Shown here in pieces: positions 30,990 through 39,702 of a DNA stretch of 39,702 nt. Source of the stretch: Candidatus Geocrenenecus huangii (GTDB lineage: Archaea; Thermoproteota; Nitrososphaeria_A; Caldarchaeales; Wolframiiraptoraceae); assembly GCA_023254095.1 (NCBI GenBank), contig JALNLM010000014.1, positions 1 to 39,702 on the forward strand. Reading direction: 5' to 3'. Within the stretch, counting starts at the first letter, position 1. Each line of letters starts with the position of its first letter. The notes beneath the pieces were generated by a model. It was given only the letters and a program-made list of their open reading frames with translations, was not told the DNA's origin and ran no database searches. The position numbers and the translations under genes are program-made.

Positions 30990-31182
30990 TTAAACACTTC
31001 TAACAAAATAGTTCAAGACAAGAATTACGACAGTAATCATCGATACAAGGGTTAAGTTTTATTCTAAGTATCCAATGAGCTATCATCAATCATGGTTAAA
31101 GCTTTCTTTCCAACATGATATAATCGTAATATTAAAAAGTGCGACCTAGAACTAATATTTGCAAATTCGGAGGATGATCTAT

Positions 31183-31566
31183 ATGTCTGAACCTCCATCT
31201 CATAAGATGAGAATTCCAATAAACATAGATATAGAAGAGGTCGGCATCCTCGAAGGCGAGTTCATTCGATTCTACGCACCCTTAACGATAAGAGAGCTAC
31301 TCAAGATGATGCCGATAGAGGGTTTTGCTGCAAAATGGGGATACGCCGTATATATTCAAGTAAACTTAAAGAGAGGAGCTGAAAAACCCGCTGAGAAAAT
31401 TAACCCTGGAGATATCCTATACTGGCCTCCAGGTCCATACTTGTTGCTCTCCTTTAAAGAAGCCACTCCACCATCTCAGAGTGTAAGAATCGGGAAGATA
31501 GATAAGAATTACGGTTTACTAGAACAAGTTAAGCCTGGTTCAAGAATAAGATTCATTTTAAAATAA
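31183..31566 (+). CDS. Cyclophilin-like fold protein
   Basis: APLT...L...P, W...VY and GDILYWPPG motifs; GGAGG Shine-Dalgarno before ATG 31183 (the ORF track extends it to 31159). Confidence 0.75.
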   Translation: MSEPPSHKMRIPINIDIEEVGILEGEFIRFYAPLTIRELLKMMPIEGFAAKWGYAVYIQVNLKRGAEKPAEKINPGDILYWPPGPYLLLSFKEATPPSQSVRIGKIDKNYGLLEQVKPGSRIRFILK

Positions 31567-31568
31567 GT

Positions 31569-31952
31569 TTATTTTGTTTTAGTCTTTTTCTTGGATGCTA
31601 CAGGTTTTTCTTTAGTCTCTTCAGAGCTTTTAACGCTTTCCGCAACTACTTCTAATGGTGCAAAGATTCTGAGATCACTATTCCCTGAGACGAATCTTAC
31701 CAGCTTCATTTCTGCAAGCTTGTTCAATACCTGCTTAGCTATAGACAATCTAATTCCGAATTTTTCCGATATGACGGAGGGCGTAAGATACTTCTGAGTC
31801 TTAGCAAAAGCAACTACTTCCTCTATACTTGGAGGGACTACATCACTTACTATTTTCTCTTTCTTCTGTGGTTGTTTCTCGCTTTCTTCCTCTTTTGGTT
31901 TTGTAGTCTTTTTCTCTAATTGGCTTAAACGTGGCTTCTTAGCTCCACCCAA
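31569..31952 (-). CDS. rps25e: 30S ribosomal protein S25e
   Basis: MGG.KK..LSQLEK start and winged-helix motif YLTPSVISEKFGIRLSIAK..L; TTG start with GGAGGT Shine-Dalgarno. Confidence 0.88.
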   Translation of the reverse strand: MGGAKKPRLSQLEKKTTKPKEEESEKQPQKKEKIVSDVVPPSIEEVVAFAKTQKYLTPSVISEKFGIRLSIAKQVLNKLAEMKLVRFVSGNSDLRIFAPLEVVAESVKSSEETKEKPVASKKKTKTK

Positions 31953-32192
31953 ACTATTTTACCTCCCGGATAGAATCACTATTCGCTAATAAAAACTTAA
32001 CGGCCCTTATACTTACGAAATCAGCAATTCAAGGCTTCATATTGTTTTCACTAATATTATTATAAATAGTCAAAATGATGGAAATCTGCAATCTGGTTAG
32101 GATTTTTGCCGTTAATATGACTTTTTTTCGTTCAAAAGATATATATCATGGCAAATCTATGTTAAATTGCGAAAGGAGGGTAATGAGTATAA

Positions 32193-33155
32193 ATGGAGTA
32201 TCGGTTACAAGATAAGCAAATATCGTATTTGGCTTCAGTAATGAGAATAAACGATTCTAAATTACCGGCTATTCTTAGAATACAGAGTAAAGTCTTGAAG
32301 ACCATGACCGACATATTGTTAGAGAAAGACTTCCAATGGGTACTCCCGGTAATGTTAGCGAAGTCTACGGATCCTCTATGGCCTGACCCAGGCTACAGCA
32401 TTGAAGAGAGAATCGAGGTCGAAGTCTATGGTACGAAGGTTAAGACTATGCAGAGTATGATCGTCCATAAGAGAGTTCTCGTATCTCTGGGTCCTGAGAA
32501 GATCTTCATCTTATCTCCGAACATTAGAATAGAATCAAGGAAGAGGATGACAACGGGTAAGCATCTATACGAGTTTACTCAGCTAGACCTTGAGTCAGCC
32601 TATGCTAAGATGAGGGATATATTTCAATTGTTTGAAGAACTGGTCACCAAATCTATCGAGGTGGTCAAGAAGGAAATGCGTAGGGAATTAGAGATCCTCT
32701 CAAGAGATCTACGAGTACCAAATACTCCTTTCCGAGTCTACAAGAGGTCAGAGCTTGAAAAAGAGTATGGGGATAACTGGGAAGAAGAAATATCTAAAAC
32801 ATCAGAGGATCCTGTGTGGGTAACGGATATACCGAGAGAATTCTATGACTACCAGGATTTCGAGACCGGTGAATGGAGGAACTATGACTTGATCCTTCCA
32901 GAAGGATATGGAGAAGTACTGTCTGGAGCGGAGAGAGAATACGAGTACGAGAAACTCTTAAAGAAGATAACTAGAGACGGGCTGAGGAAAGAAGACTACA
33001 GAATCATATTAGATCTTGCTGAGAAAAAACTTCTAAAACCATCAGCTGGAGCGGGAATCGGAGTAGAAAGATTCATACGATATATCTGTGGATTAAAACA
33101 TGTAGGGGAGGTTCAACCGTTCCCCCGTATCCCAGGCATAGTTCCAGACCTATAG
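32193..33155 (+). CDS. asnA: AsnRS-like archaeal asparagine synthetase
   Basis: Class II aaRS catalytic core without an anticodon domain: TDPLWPDP, SMIVHKR, SPNIRIE, HLYEFTQLDLE, EVLSGAERE and GAGIGVER. Confidence 0.9.
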   Translation: MEYRLQDKQISYLASVMRINDSKLPAILRIQSKVLKTMTDILLEKDFQWVLPVMLAKSTDPLWPDPGYSIEERIEVEVYGTKVKTMQSMIVHKRVLVSLGPEKIFILSPNIRIESRKRMTTGKHLYEFTQLDLESAYAKMRDIFQLFEELVTKSIEVVKKEMRRELEILSRDLRVPNTPFRVYKRSELEKEYGDNWEEEISKTSEDPVWVTDIPREFYDYQDFETGEWRNYDLILPEGYGEVLSGAEREYEYEKLLKKITRDGLRKEDYRIILDLAEKKLLKPSAGAGIGVERFIRYICGLKHVGEVQPFPRIPGIVPDL

Positions 33156-33467
33156 ACTAGATACTTGTATTTGAAAGAAAACAGAGGAGAATTACTCTTG
33201 GATACACTGATGAAATGACGTAACCAAGCGTTGGGCCTCAAAAACGTATAAGAATCTTCTTAATCTAATTTCACGAATGAGGTAAGGAGAGAAGGTTCCA
33301 ATAGCTGATAACCTTTTCAAACTGATTATTCAATACCTAGATCATGCCGATACCTGTTCTATGACGATTTTCTCCTCTACGAAACCATTAAGCCGTTTCT
33401 GGCAATATCCGATATTTGTCTCATCCTCACGTAAATATAATACTTGGAAGAGGCGGTACCTTGATAG

Positions 33468-34310
33468 GTGGAGTTGAGGTTTAAAGACTTCCTAGCGGAG
33501 AAACTTCCAGAGGCGCCTCGTAACAAGCTACCTTCTAGAGCTAGAGTCATCGATAGAATTGCAATTATCCGTATTCCGGAAGAACTAGAGCAATGGGTTA
33601 GCGAGATAGGTAAGCTGACTCTCCAATTTTATCCAAGAGTCCGAGGTGTCTATAGATGGTTCGGGGTCCAGGGTACTGAGAGGAAACCTATCGTGCACCA
33701 TATAGCTGGAGAATATATCAGGGTTGTCGAGCATGGCGAGTATGGTTGGAGGCTTAGATTGGATATCGAGAGAATGATGCTCTGTCTTGGAAATAGTTAT
33801 GAAAGACTTAGAATAGCTAAAATGATTTCAAGAGACGAAGTGGTAGTTGACATGTTCGCAGGGGTAGGACAATTCACTATACCGATAGCCGTCATTGGGA
33901 GACCGAGAAAAATATATGCTATCGAGATAAATCCAGAAGCATATCATTACTTAAAAGAAAACATTGTACTAAATAACGTTCAGGAAATCGTAGAGCCTAT
34001 TCTAGGAGACTGCAAGAAGATAGTCGGTGAAGAAGTTAGAGACATCGCAGACAGAATAGTTATGGGTTACTTTGGCGGTACCTTAGAAGCAATCCCTCAA
34101 GCTCTCCAAGGATTAAAAAACAGTGGAGGGATAATTCATTTCCATGAATTAGTCAGGAGGGGCAGCGAAGAAGAATTCGTTAAGATAGTTTGTGAAAAAA
34201 TCCGGGAACAGGGATATGAATCAGAGATAAGAAATTGGAGGATTGTCAAATCATATTCTAAGACTAGGAATCACCTAGTCATAGATATTTATTCTCGTCT
34301 GAATATTTAA
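33468..34310 (+). CDS. taw2: Taw2/Tyw2-type SAM-dependent tRNA(Phe) wyosine aminocarboxypropyltransferase (Trm5/Tyw2 family)
   Basis: VVDMFAGVGQF, AIEINP, ADRIVMGY and IIHFH; the MGY variant fits Taw2 better than the Trm5 MNLP motif. Confidence 0.75.
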   Translation: MELRFKDFLAEKLPEAPRNKLPSRARVIDRIAIIRIPEELEQWVSEIGKLTLQFYPRVRGVYRWFGVQGTERKPIVHHIAGEYIRVVEHGEYGWRLRLDIERMMLCLGNSYERLRIAKMISRDEVVVDMFAGVGQFTIPIAVIGRPRKIYAIEINPEAYHYLKENIVLNNVQEIVEPILGDCKKIVGEEVRDIADRIVMGYFGGTLEAIPQALQGLKNSGGIIHFHELVRRGSEEEFVKIVCEKIREQGYESEIRNWRIVKSYSKTRNHLVIDIYSRLNI

Positions 34311-34335
34311 TAATCGAGCCGACAACGTATATACG

Positions 34336-34689
34336 ATGTCTTCAGAGCTCATATCTACATTGAAGAAAATAATCGACGACGTAAACTCCGATTACGTTAC
34401 TAAGAAAATTCTTCCGTCAGAACCATTAGTGATAGAATTGAGAACAACAGACAATGAGTCAATATATGTTGAGATAAGCGAGAACGGCTTAAGAATGTTA
34501 GATAGATTTGACGGGCGGCCGGAAAGCATAGTCATAAGTAGCAGTGAGAATCTCGTAAAATTGCTAAGAGGCGAGCTAGACCCTGTCAAAGCATTCTTCT
34601 TCGGTAAAGTTAAAGTTGAAGGAAGCCTAGACATAGCCTACATACTATATGAGAAACTGAAAGACTACAATAGAGTTAGAAAAATATGA
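34336..34689 (+). CDS. SCP2 sterol/lipid-binding domain protein
   Basis: L..LLRGELDPVKAFFFGKVKVEGS motif. Confidence 0.85.
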   Translation: MSSELISTLKKIIDDVNSDYVTKKILPSEPLVIELRTTDNESIYVEISENGLRMLDRFDGRPESIVISSSENLVKLLRGELDPVKAFFFGKVKVEGSLDIAYILYEKLKDYNRVRKI

Positions 34690-34757
34690 AACTTTAGGAT
34701 CTAGACATATCTCGTGAACCAAAAAAGTTTAATAATAGATCTCGACGAAACTAGCCT

Positions 34758-35015
34758 GTGTGCGCAAGGAGAGATGTTCCGAGAGAGAACATTCCATGGT
34801 ATCCAACCATAGTCGAGGAGCTATGTAATGGATGTCAGAAATGTTTTAGGATGTGTCCTACAAAAGTCTATGAATGGAGTGAAGAGAAAAAGATCCCGAT
34901 AGTTAAAAACCCATTTAAGTGTATCATCGGATGTAGCAATTGCGCTAATGTCTGTCCAACCAAAGGGATACTCTTTCCGCCGAGAGAGATTTTACAAAGC
35001 TTTGGAAGATTCTAG
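34758..35015 (+). CDS. 2x[4Fe-4S] ferredoxin
   Basis: CNGCQKCFRMCP and CIIGCSNCANVCP. Confidence 0.9.
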   Translation: MCARRDVPRENIPWYPTIVEELCNGCQKCFRMCPTKVYEWSEEKKIPIVKNPFKCIIGCSNCANVCPTKGILFPPREILQSFGRF

Positions 35016-35054
35016 GAGAATTAAACAATAGACTTGATTGCAGATTGCGGCAGA

Positions 35055-35489
35055 TTAGATTATCATGCCAGCTATGTTCGCTACTCTAGGCCACCTCTCG
35101 GCCGCCTCTCTAGCGACAGGCCCTTTAATCTCTGTCGCTTTTACATCTCCTTCGGGTGTCACCAGTACTGCAGCTGTGTCCTCAAACGCTATCCACATTC
35201 CGTCCGGTCTTCTATAAGGCATCCTCTGCCTAATTATTACAGCATGCATGACTTTCTTCCTCAAATCTATAGGCCCCTTCTTCACCGTGACGGAGACTAG
35301 GTCTCCTACCCCAGCACACGGATGCTGTCTAAGCCTCGTCTTAACGCCATGCACTTGTACGATCTTTAATATTTGTGCTCCAGAATTGTCTGCGCATACC
35401 ACTTCTGACCCTACATTTATAGTTCTAGGTATGTTCGGCCTCCTCTCCAGGATTCCTATCGCAGCTACGGCTCTACTCTTCTTAGACAT
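35055..35489 (-). CDS. rpl14: 50S ribosomal protein L14 (uL14)
   Basis: CADNSGA, AGVGD, AVIIRQR.PYRRPDG..IAFED.AAV and IKGPVAREAAERWP. Confidence 0.97.
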   Translation of the reverse strand: MSKKSRAVAAIGILERRPNIPRTINVGSEVVCADNSGAQILKIVQVHGVKTRLRQHPCAGVGDLVSVTVKKGPIDLRKKVMHAVIIRQRMPYRRPDGMWIAFEDTAAVLVTPEGDVKATEIKGPVAREAAERWPRVANIAGMII

Positions 35490-35612
35490 CTATTACACCT
35501 TTATCCAATTAACAAGGTTTAATCCGTCTATATAACTATCACTAGCTGGAAACTATACTAAGAGCATCTCAACCTGGATAGAAATTAGGGAGATAGTTTT
35601 AATATTGTTAAT

Positions 35613-35936
35613 TTATAGTTTTTCTATTACTACGAAGCTGACGGTTTTGCTGATGGGTTTGCATTCAGCGATCTTTACCTTATCTCCTTCATTCACTTCT
35701 ATACAAGGTGGCAAGTGTGCTGAGATATTGCTCCTCCTTCTTTCATATCTCTTATACTTCTTAACATAGTGGAGGTATTCTCGTCTTACTACTACTGTCT
35801 TATTCATCTTCTTCTTGTAAACAGTTCCAGTCAGAAGGACCCCTCTAACTTTCAAATGGCCATGGAATGGACAATCAGGATCATCGCATTCTTTCTCAGG
35901 AGACTTTACAGGTATTCCAATATTCTTCACTACCAT
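35613..35936 (-). CDS. rps17: 30S ribosomal protein S17 (uS17)
   Basis: CDDPDCPFHG.LKVRG, KYKRYERRRS.I.AH.PPC and ECKPISKT. Confidence 0.97.
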   Translation of the reverse strand: MVVKNIGIPVKSPEKECDDPDCPFHGHLKVRGVLLTGTVYKKKMNKTVVVRREYLHYVKKYKRYERRRSNISAHLPPCIEVNEGDKVKIAECKPISKTVSFVVIEKL

Positions 35937-36256
35937 CTTCTCACCTTCTTCTTCAATCTATCCTCAGGTCTACCTATCAGTGCTGATCCCTCAACCCGCA
36001 CTTTTTCATTATTTGGTAAGGTAAACTCAAATATATATGCATCTTTGACCAATCTGACTAATCTACCGTCATTTCTTAAGATTTTAATAGTCTTCATGGT
36101 TTCTCCTACGACTTCTCCTGCATGTTCTATTCTCTGCTTTACCCCTTCAGCTCTTACACTTAATCCGAGTAATTCATGTCTTAATATGTTTCTAGCGTTT
36201 AGAGTCTTGTACTCATTTCTAGATGAACCTTTCTTTACCTCCACTATCCTATCCAT
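35930..36256 (-). CDS. rnp1: Ribonuclease P protein component 1 (Rpp29/Pop4)
   Basis: NILRHELLGL, GEVVGET..T and V.G..LIGRPEDRLKK; canonical position before rps17. Confidence 0.9.
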   Translation of the reverse strand: MDRIVEVKKGSSRNEYKTLNARNILRHELLGLSVRAEGVKQRIEHAGEVVGETMKTIKILRNDGRLVRLVKDAYIFEFTLPNNEKVRVEGSALIGRPEDRLKKKVRRW

Positions 36257-36507
36257 TCTATGCAGAATCGCCTCCAGAAACTATTCTGAAACTCGGATAC
36301 ACATACTTTATTATGGTCTAGTCACATATAACTCTATAACCTTTCTCCGTAAAATCTTGACTTACTATCTCGAGAACATTTTTCTGAAGTTTCTAGGATT
36401 AGCATGTCTCCTTAATCTTTAATGGTTTAAGTAGCTTCTCCTAGATTAAAATGTTCTGGGAAGACAATGAAATAAATACATTAAATCCTACCGTGTATTA
36501 ATCATCT

Positions 36508-37362
36508 ATGATGAATCGATTGAGAGCATATTTATCGATTACGAGACCTCCGAATGGTCTCCTCATGTTTATAGGGGTGTTAGCAGGTGTTTCCATCTCG
36601 TACTCTAAGATGATCCGTCTCGAAGAACTCATCTACTCATTCATTATAGCGTATAGTTTGAGTGGTAGCTCAATGGTCCTAAACGATTATTTTGATAAGG
36701 AAGTGGATAAGGTGAATGCTCCCCATCGACCTATACCTTCAGGACTAATTAGGCCTATCCATGCAATACTGTATTCATTCGCACTTGGATTAACCGGCAT
36801 ATTCTTCTCAAGCCTAATCTCTATACACTGCTTGATTATAGCTGCGTCATCCTATATTGCAGCGTTCCTATACAATTCGGTCTTGAAGAGAACCGGTCTA
36901 ACAGGCAACCTGGTTGTAAGCTTAATCGTCGCAGCCCCTTTCATCTTCGGTGCAACTATGAGCGACGGATATGTATCTGATAGGATTATATTGTTTATCA
37001 CCCCGGTTATATTGTCGAATACTGGGCGGGAGGTAATCAAGGGAATCGCTGACGTGGAAGGCGACGCAGTCAGACATATTAATTCTATTGCGAGGACTAA
37101 AGGCCTGCGTAGAGCTGCAGTAATAGGGTCAGCTCTATACATTCTGGCCGTCTTGGTCAGTCCTGCACCCTATGTGTTTGGATGTGTTTCAGAGTATTAT
37201 CTGCCAATAGTCTTAGCTGCAGACATTGGATTTATCATTTCTGCACGGAAAATACTGAAGAACCCCAATAAAGAGAATGCTATAAAAGTTAAGAACCAGA
37301 CATTGATCTGGATGTTTATCGCACTGCTAGCATATATAATTGGGGGGTCCTATGATTTCTGA
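36508..37362 (+). CDS. Digeranylgeranylglyceryl phosphate synthase (UbiA family)
   Basis: RPPN, NDYFDKEVDKVNAPHRPIPSG, YN..LK..GL.GN and REVIKGIADVEGD. Confidence 0.88.
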   Translation: MMNRLRAYLSITRPPNGLLMFIGVLAGVSISYSKMIRLEELIYSFIIAYSLSGSSMVLNDYFDKEVDKVNAPHRPIPSGLIRPIHAILYSFALGLTGIFFSSLISIHCLIIAASSYIAAFLYNSVLKRTGLTGNLVVSLIVAAPFIFGATMSDGYVSDRIILFITPVILSNTGREVIKGIADVEGDAVRHINSIARTKGLRRAAVIGSALYILAVLVSPAPYVFGCVSEYYLPIVLAADIGFIISARKILKNPNKENAIKVKNQTLIWMFIALLAYIIGGSYDF

Positions 37363-38198
37363 GCTGGTTTCTTCTCGAGGATATAGTAGCAACAATCGTT
37401 CCTTAAGTTCTTGAGAACCTCGGTTACAGCATATCCTCTTGGAAGATAGTGTTCAAATATCTTCCTAGTAGTTTCTCTCCATTCTATAGCTATTGATAGG
37501 TCCTTCTTCTTTATGGACTCTATGTTTGTAGGGATCTCCAAACAGAGTTTATCATTATTCAAGTTTAACCTATAATCTAGTATTCTCTTAAACGAACCAT
37601 CACGAACTACTAGAACACTCTTTTCTAATATGTCCAAGTTAACTTCGCTTACTTCTTCTTCCACTTCCCTGGATAATTTTTCTTTAACTTCTTTAGAATC
37701 CAGATCCCACCTGACTATAAGTCTGTCTGATTCTAGACCTCTGTTCTGAGGATCTCTCATCAATCCATAAAAGTTCCTTATATATTCTCTAGCTACTCCA
37801 CCTAGCTTATGAATACTCATGTACGCTTCAATTGGATTTAATGGATCGATGAGCCACATCGCTTGTCGTATGCCTTCTTCAAGAAGAGATTCTCTCGCCG
37901 TCATCCTCAGTTGCTTAGATAGATCGGTATGGCTGTATTCAGGTAGTACTCCACAGAAATGTATGTAATGGAATACTTCTCCATTTTTGAATGAATTGTA
38001 TCCGCATAATAAACCTATAGGCCGATTATTCTCGTCGTATGCAACTAGGACTACTCCACCTATTTCTTGGAATGCGATTAGAACGTGGTATGGAATTATA
38101 TCTCCTCTCCCGAAAAATACGGTTTGAAAAAATTCAAGTTGCTTGAAAGATTCACGGTCTGTTATCCTAACTATCTTAAAAAAATTGTCTTGCTTCAT
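37350..38198 (-). CDS. GNAT-family acyltransferase (COG3375-like)
   Basis: H..GVLPEY, W..DPL....AY..IHKLG, Y..NFYG.M.D..N.GL.SDRL...W and EIP......W R..TR. Confidence 0.78.
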   Translation of the reverse strand: MKQDNFFKIVRITDRESFKQLEFFQTVFFGRGDIIPYHVLIAFQEIGGVVLVAYDENNRPIGLLCGYNSFKNGEVFHYIHFCGVLPEYSHTDLSKQLRMTARESLLEEGIRQAMWLIDPLNPIEAYMSIHKLGGVAREYIRNFYGLMRDPQNRGLESDRLIVRWDLDSKEVKEKLSREVEEEVSEVNLDILEKSVLVVRDGSFKRILDYRLNLNNDKLCLEIPTNIESIKKKDLSIAIEWRETTRKIFEHYLPRGYAVTEVLKNLRNDCCYYILEKKPAQKS

Positions 38199-38344
38199 GA
38201 TGTCCTAATTGTAATATATACGACTCAAGTATTAAGACTTTACTACTAATACGATTATATAGAATTAATATTGAATAAATTAGGGTTTTGTATAAGATTG
38301 AGCAAAGTATTTCTGACACAGAATTATCTAGGATTTAGAGGTAA

Positions 38345-39541
38345 ATGGAGATACCTAAAATACTGGGAGGAGAACCTGTAAGAAAGAAGCCTTTTCCCAG
38401 CTGGCCGATCTTCGATGAGAAAGAAAGAGAATTGTTACTGAAAGTTTTAGAGAGTGGGAGATGGGGGGTTGGAGGGAAACTTCAAGAAGAGTTTGAGAAT
38501 AAGTTTGCTGAATTCCAAGATGCTAAATATGCTCTACTATGCTCTTCTGGAACTACGGCGCTAAAGATCGCTTTAAAGGCTATGGGCATCTCGCCTGGAG
38601 ATGAGGTGATCGTTCCATCATACACATTTATTGGAACCGCAACTGCAGTTCTCGATCTAAACGCAAACATAGTATATGCGGATATATGTCCCGAAACATA
38701 TACGATAGATGTTGAAAACCTGAAGAATAAGATCACGGAAAAGACAAAAGTAGTCATACCGGTACATTTCGCGGGTAGACCGGCTGATATGGATGCTGTG
38801 AAAGAATTCGCTGAACAACACAATCTAATGGTTTTGGAGGACGCTGCTCAAGCACATGGAGCGGAATGGAGGAATAGGAGGGTAGGAGCATTAGGAGACG
38901 CAGGAGCCTTCAGTTTCCAGTCATCTAAAAACATCACTGCAGGCGAAGGTGGGGCGGTCACCACGGACGATGACGAGATAGCCTCTATCGCATGGTCGCT
39001 GAGAAATGTTGGTAGACCCAGAGGGGGGCCATGGTACGAGCATAGATTATTTGGATGGAATTATCGAATTACAGAATGGCAAGCGGCTATCTTGCTTGCA
39101 CAGCTTGAGCGAGCTCCTAAACTAATGGAGAAGAGAGACTCATCTGCAAGATATCTTGATAAACTGCTGGGGGAGGTAGATGGAGTTGAACCATTAAAAT
39201 CCGACCCGAGGATAACCAGACATGCATACCACCTCTACGTCTTTAGATACGATCCCTCCCAGTTTAATGGATTGGATAAAGAGTTGTTTATTCAATCTTT
39301 AAGAGAAGAAGGGATACCATGCAATTCAGGTTATAGACCATTATACAGCTACACATTCCTACCCAAGTCGAAGCCGTTACCGAATACGGAGAAAGCAGCA
39401 TACATCGAGGCAATATGGATACCTCAACCAGTACTATTAGCTGAAAAAGAAGATCTAGAAGATGTCATCATAGCTATAAAGAAGATAAAGAAGTACTCTA
39501 AAAAGATCAAAGAAGAGTGCAAGACATTCTCTGCGAGATAA
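38345..39541 (+). CDS. DegT/DnrJ/EryC1/StrS family PLP-dependent aminotransferase
   Basis: SGTTAL, GDEVIVP..TF, PVHFAG, EDAAQAHGA, FSFQSSKN..AGEGG and GWNYR. Confidence 0.93.
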   Translation: MEIPKILGGEPVRKKPFPSWPIFDEKERELLLKVLESGRWGVGGKLQEEFENKFAEFQDAKYALLCSSGTTALKIALKAMGISPGDEVIVPSYTFIGTATAVLDLNANIVYADICPETYTIDVENLKNKITEKTKVVIPVHFAGRPADMDAVKEFAEQHNLMVLEDAAQAHGAEWRNRRVGALGDAGAFSFQSSKNITAGEGGAVTTDDDEIASIAWSLRNVGRPRGGPWYEHRLFGWNYRITEWQAAILLAQLERAPKLMEKRDSSARYLDKLLGEVDGVEPLKSDPRITRHAYHLYVFRYDPSQFNGLDKELFIQSLREEGIPCNSGYRPLYSYTFLPKSKPLPNTEKAAYIEAIWIPQPVLLAEKEDLEDVIIAIKKIKKYSKKIKEECKTFSAR

Positions 39542-39658
39542 CCTCCCTCCACTTTCACCCGGGTACATAAGCTTTCCGCAAAAAGCATGATTAAACCATA
39601 AAATTTATGTAGAGAATAAAAGAGTAAATACGAAGAAGAAAAATTTCTGATAATGGAT

Positions 39659-39702
39659 GCGGGGGTAGCCAAGCCTGGTCAAAGGCGCAGGACTGAGGCT
39701 CC
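39659..39702 (+). tRNA. tRNA-Leu(GAG), 5' part, truncated by the window end
   Basis: GCGGGGG-TA-GCC AAGCCTGGTCAAA GGC-G-CAGGA-CT-GAG-GC-TCC...; archaeal Leu-type D arm and GAG anticodon. Confidence 0.85.

Noticed and set aside
33156-33467. 312-nt gap after asnA as a C/D box sRNA
   Set aside because: TGATGA and CTGA words occur, but not in the C-D'-C'-D order and spacing.
35769-36422. 217-aa plus-strand ORF
   Set aside because: It is an antisense shadow of rps17 and rnp1. The many other short antisense ORFs in the track were rejected for the same reason.
36257-36507. Remnant of SUI1 or rpl29 upstream of rnp1
   Set aside because: Only short open frames are present, with no convincing motif.
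39690-39702. Possible tRNA intron at 37/38 (loop reads CT-GAG-GC)
   Set aside because: The following TCC pairs with the anticodon stem as expected, and the window ends before this can be tested.

Overview
Core chromosome of a thermophilic TACK-type archaeon. Evidence: GC-rich archaeal 16S rRNA, rps25e, Rpp29, Top6A, RadA and DGGGP synthase. Placement near Caldarchaeales/'Aigarchaeota' is inference only. The window holds the 5' part of a minus-strand 16S rRNA gene, about 38 mostly housekeeping CDSs and the 5' part of a tRNA-Leu(GAG). No CRISPR array or transposase is visible. Main observations: (1) a 98-nt hairpin insertion with bulge-helix-bulge-like ends in the helix-8 GAAA loop of the 16S rRNA (about E. 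coli 161/162), a probable intron at an unusual site; (2) a shared 10-bp box, CCATTTTCAG, followed by AACC(C)TCTCC, just upstream of the TATA boxes of both radA and the arCOG07300-polB2 operon (three near-phased copies at polB2), a candidate DNA-damage regulon signal; (3) an unannotated ~82-nt H/ACA-like small RNA with its own promoter downstream of pheT; (4) a RadA P-loop intein with a degenerate LAGLIDADG domain. Many normally clustered genes stand alone here. All product calls come from motif recognition by eye, not from database searches.
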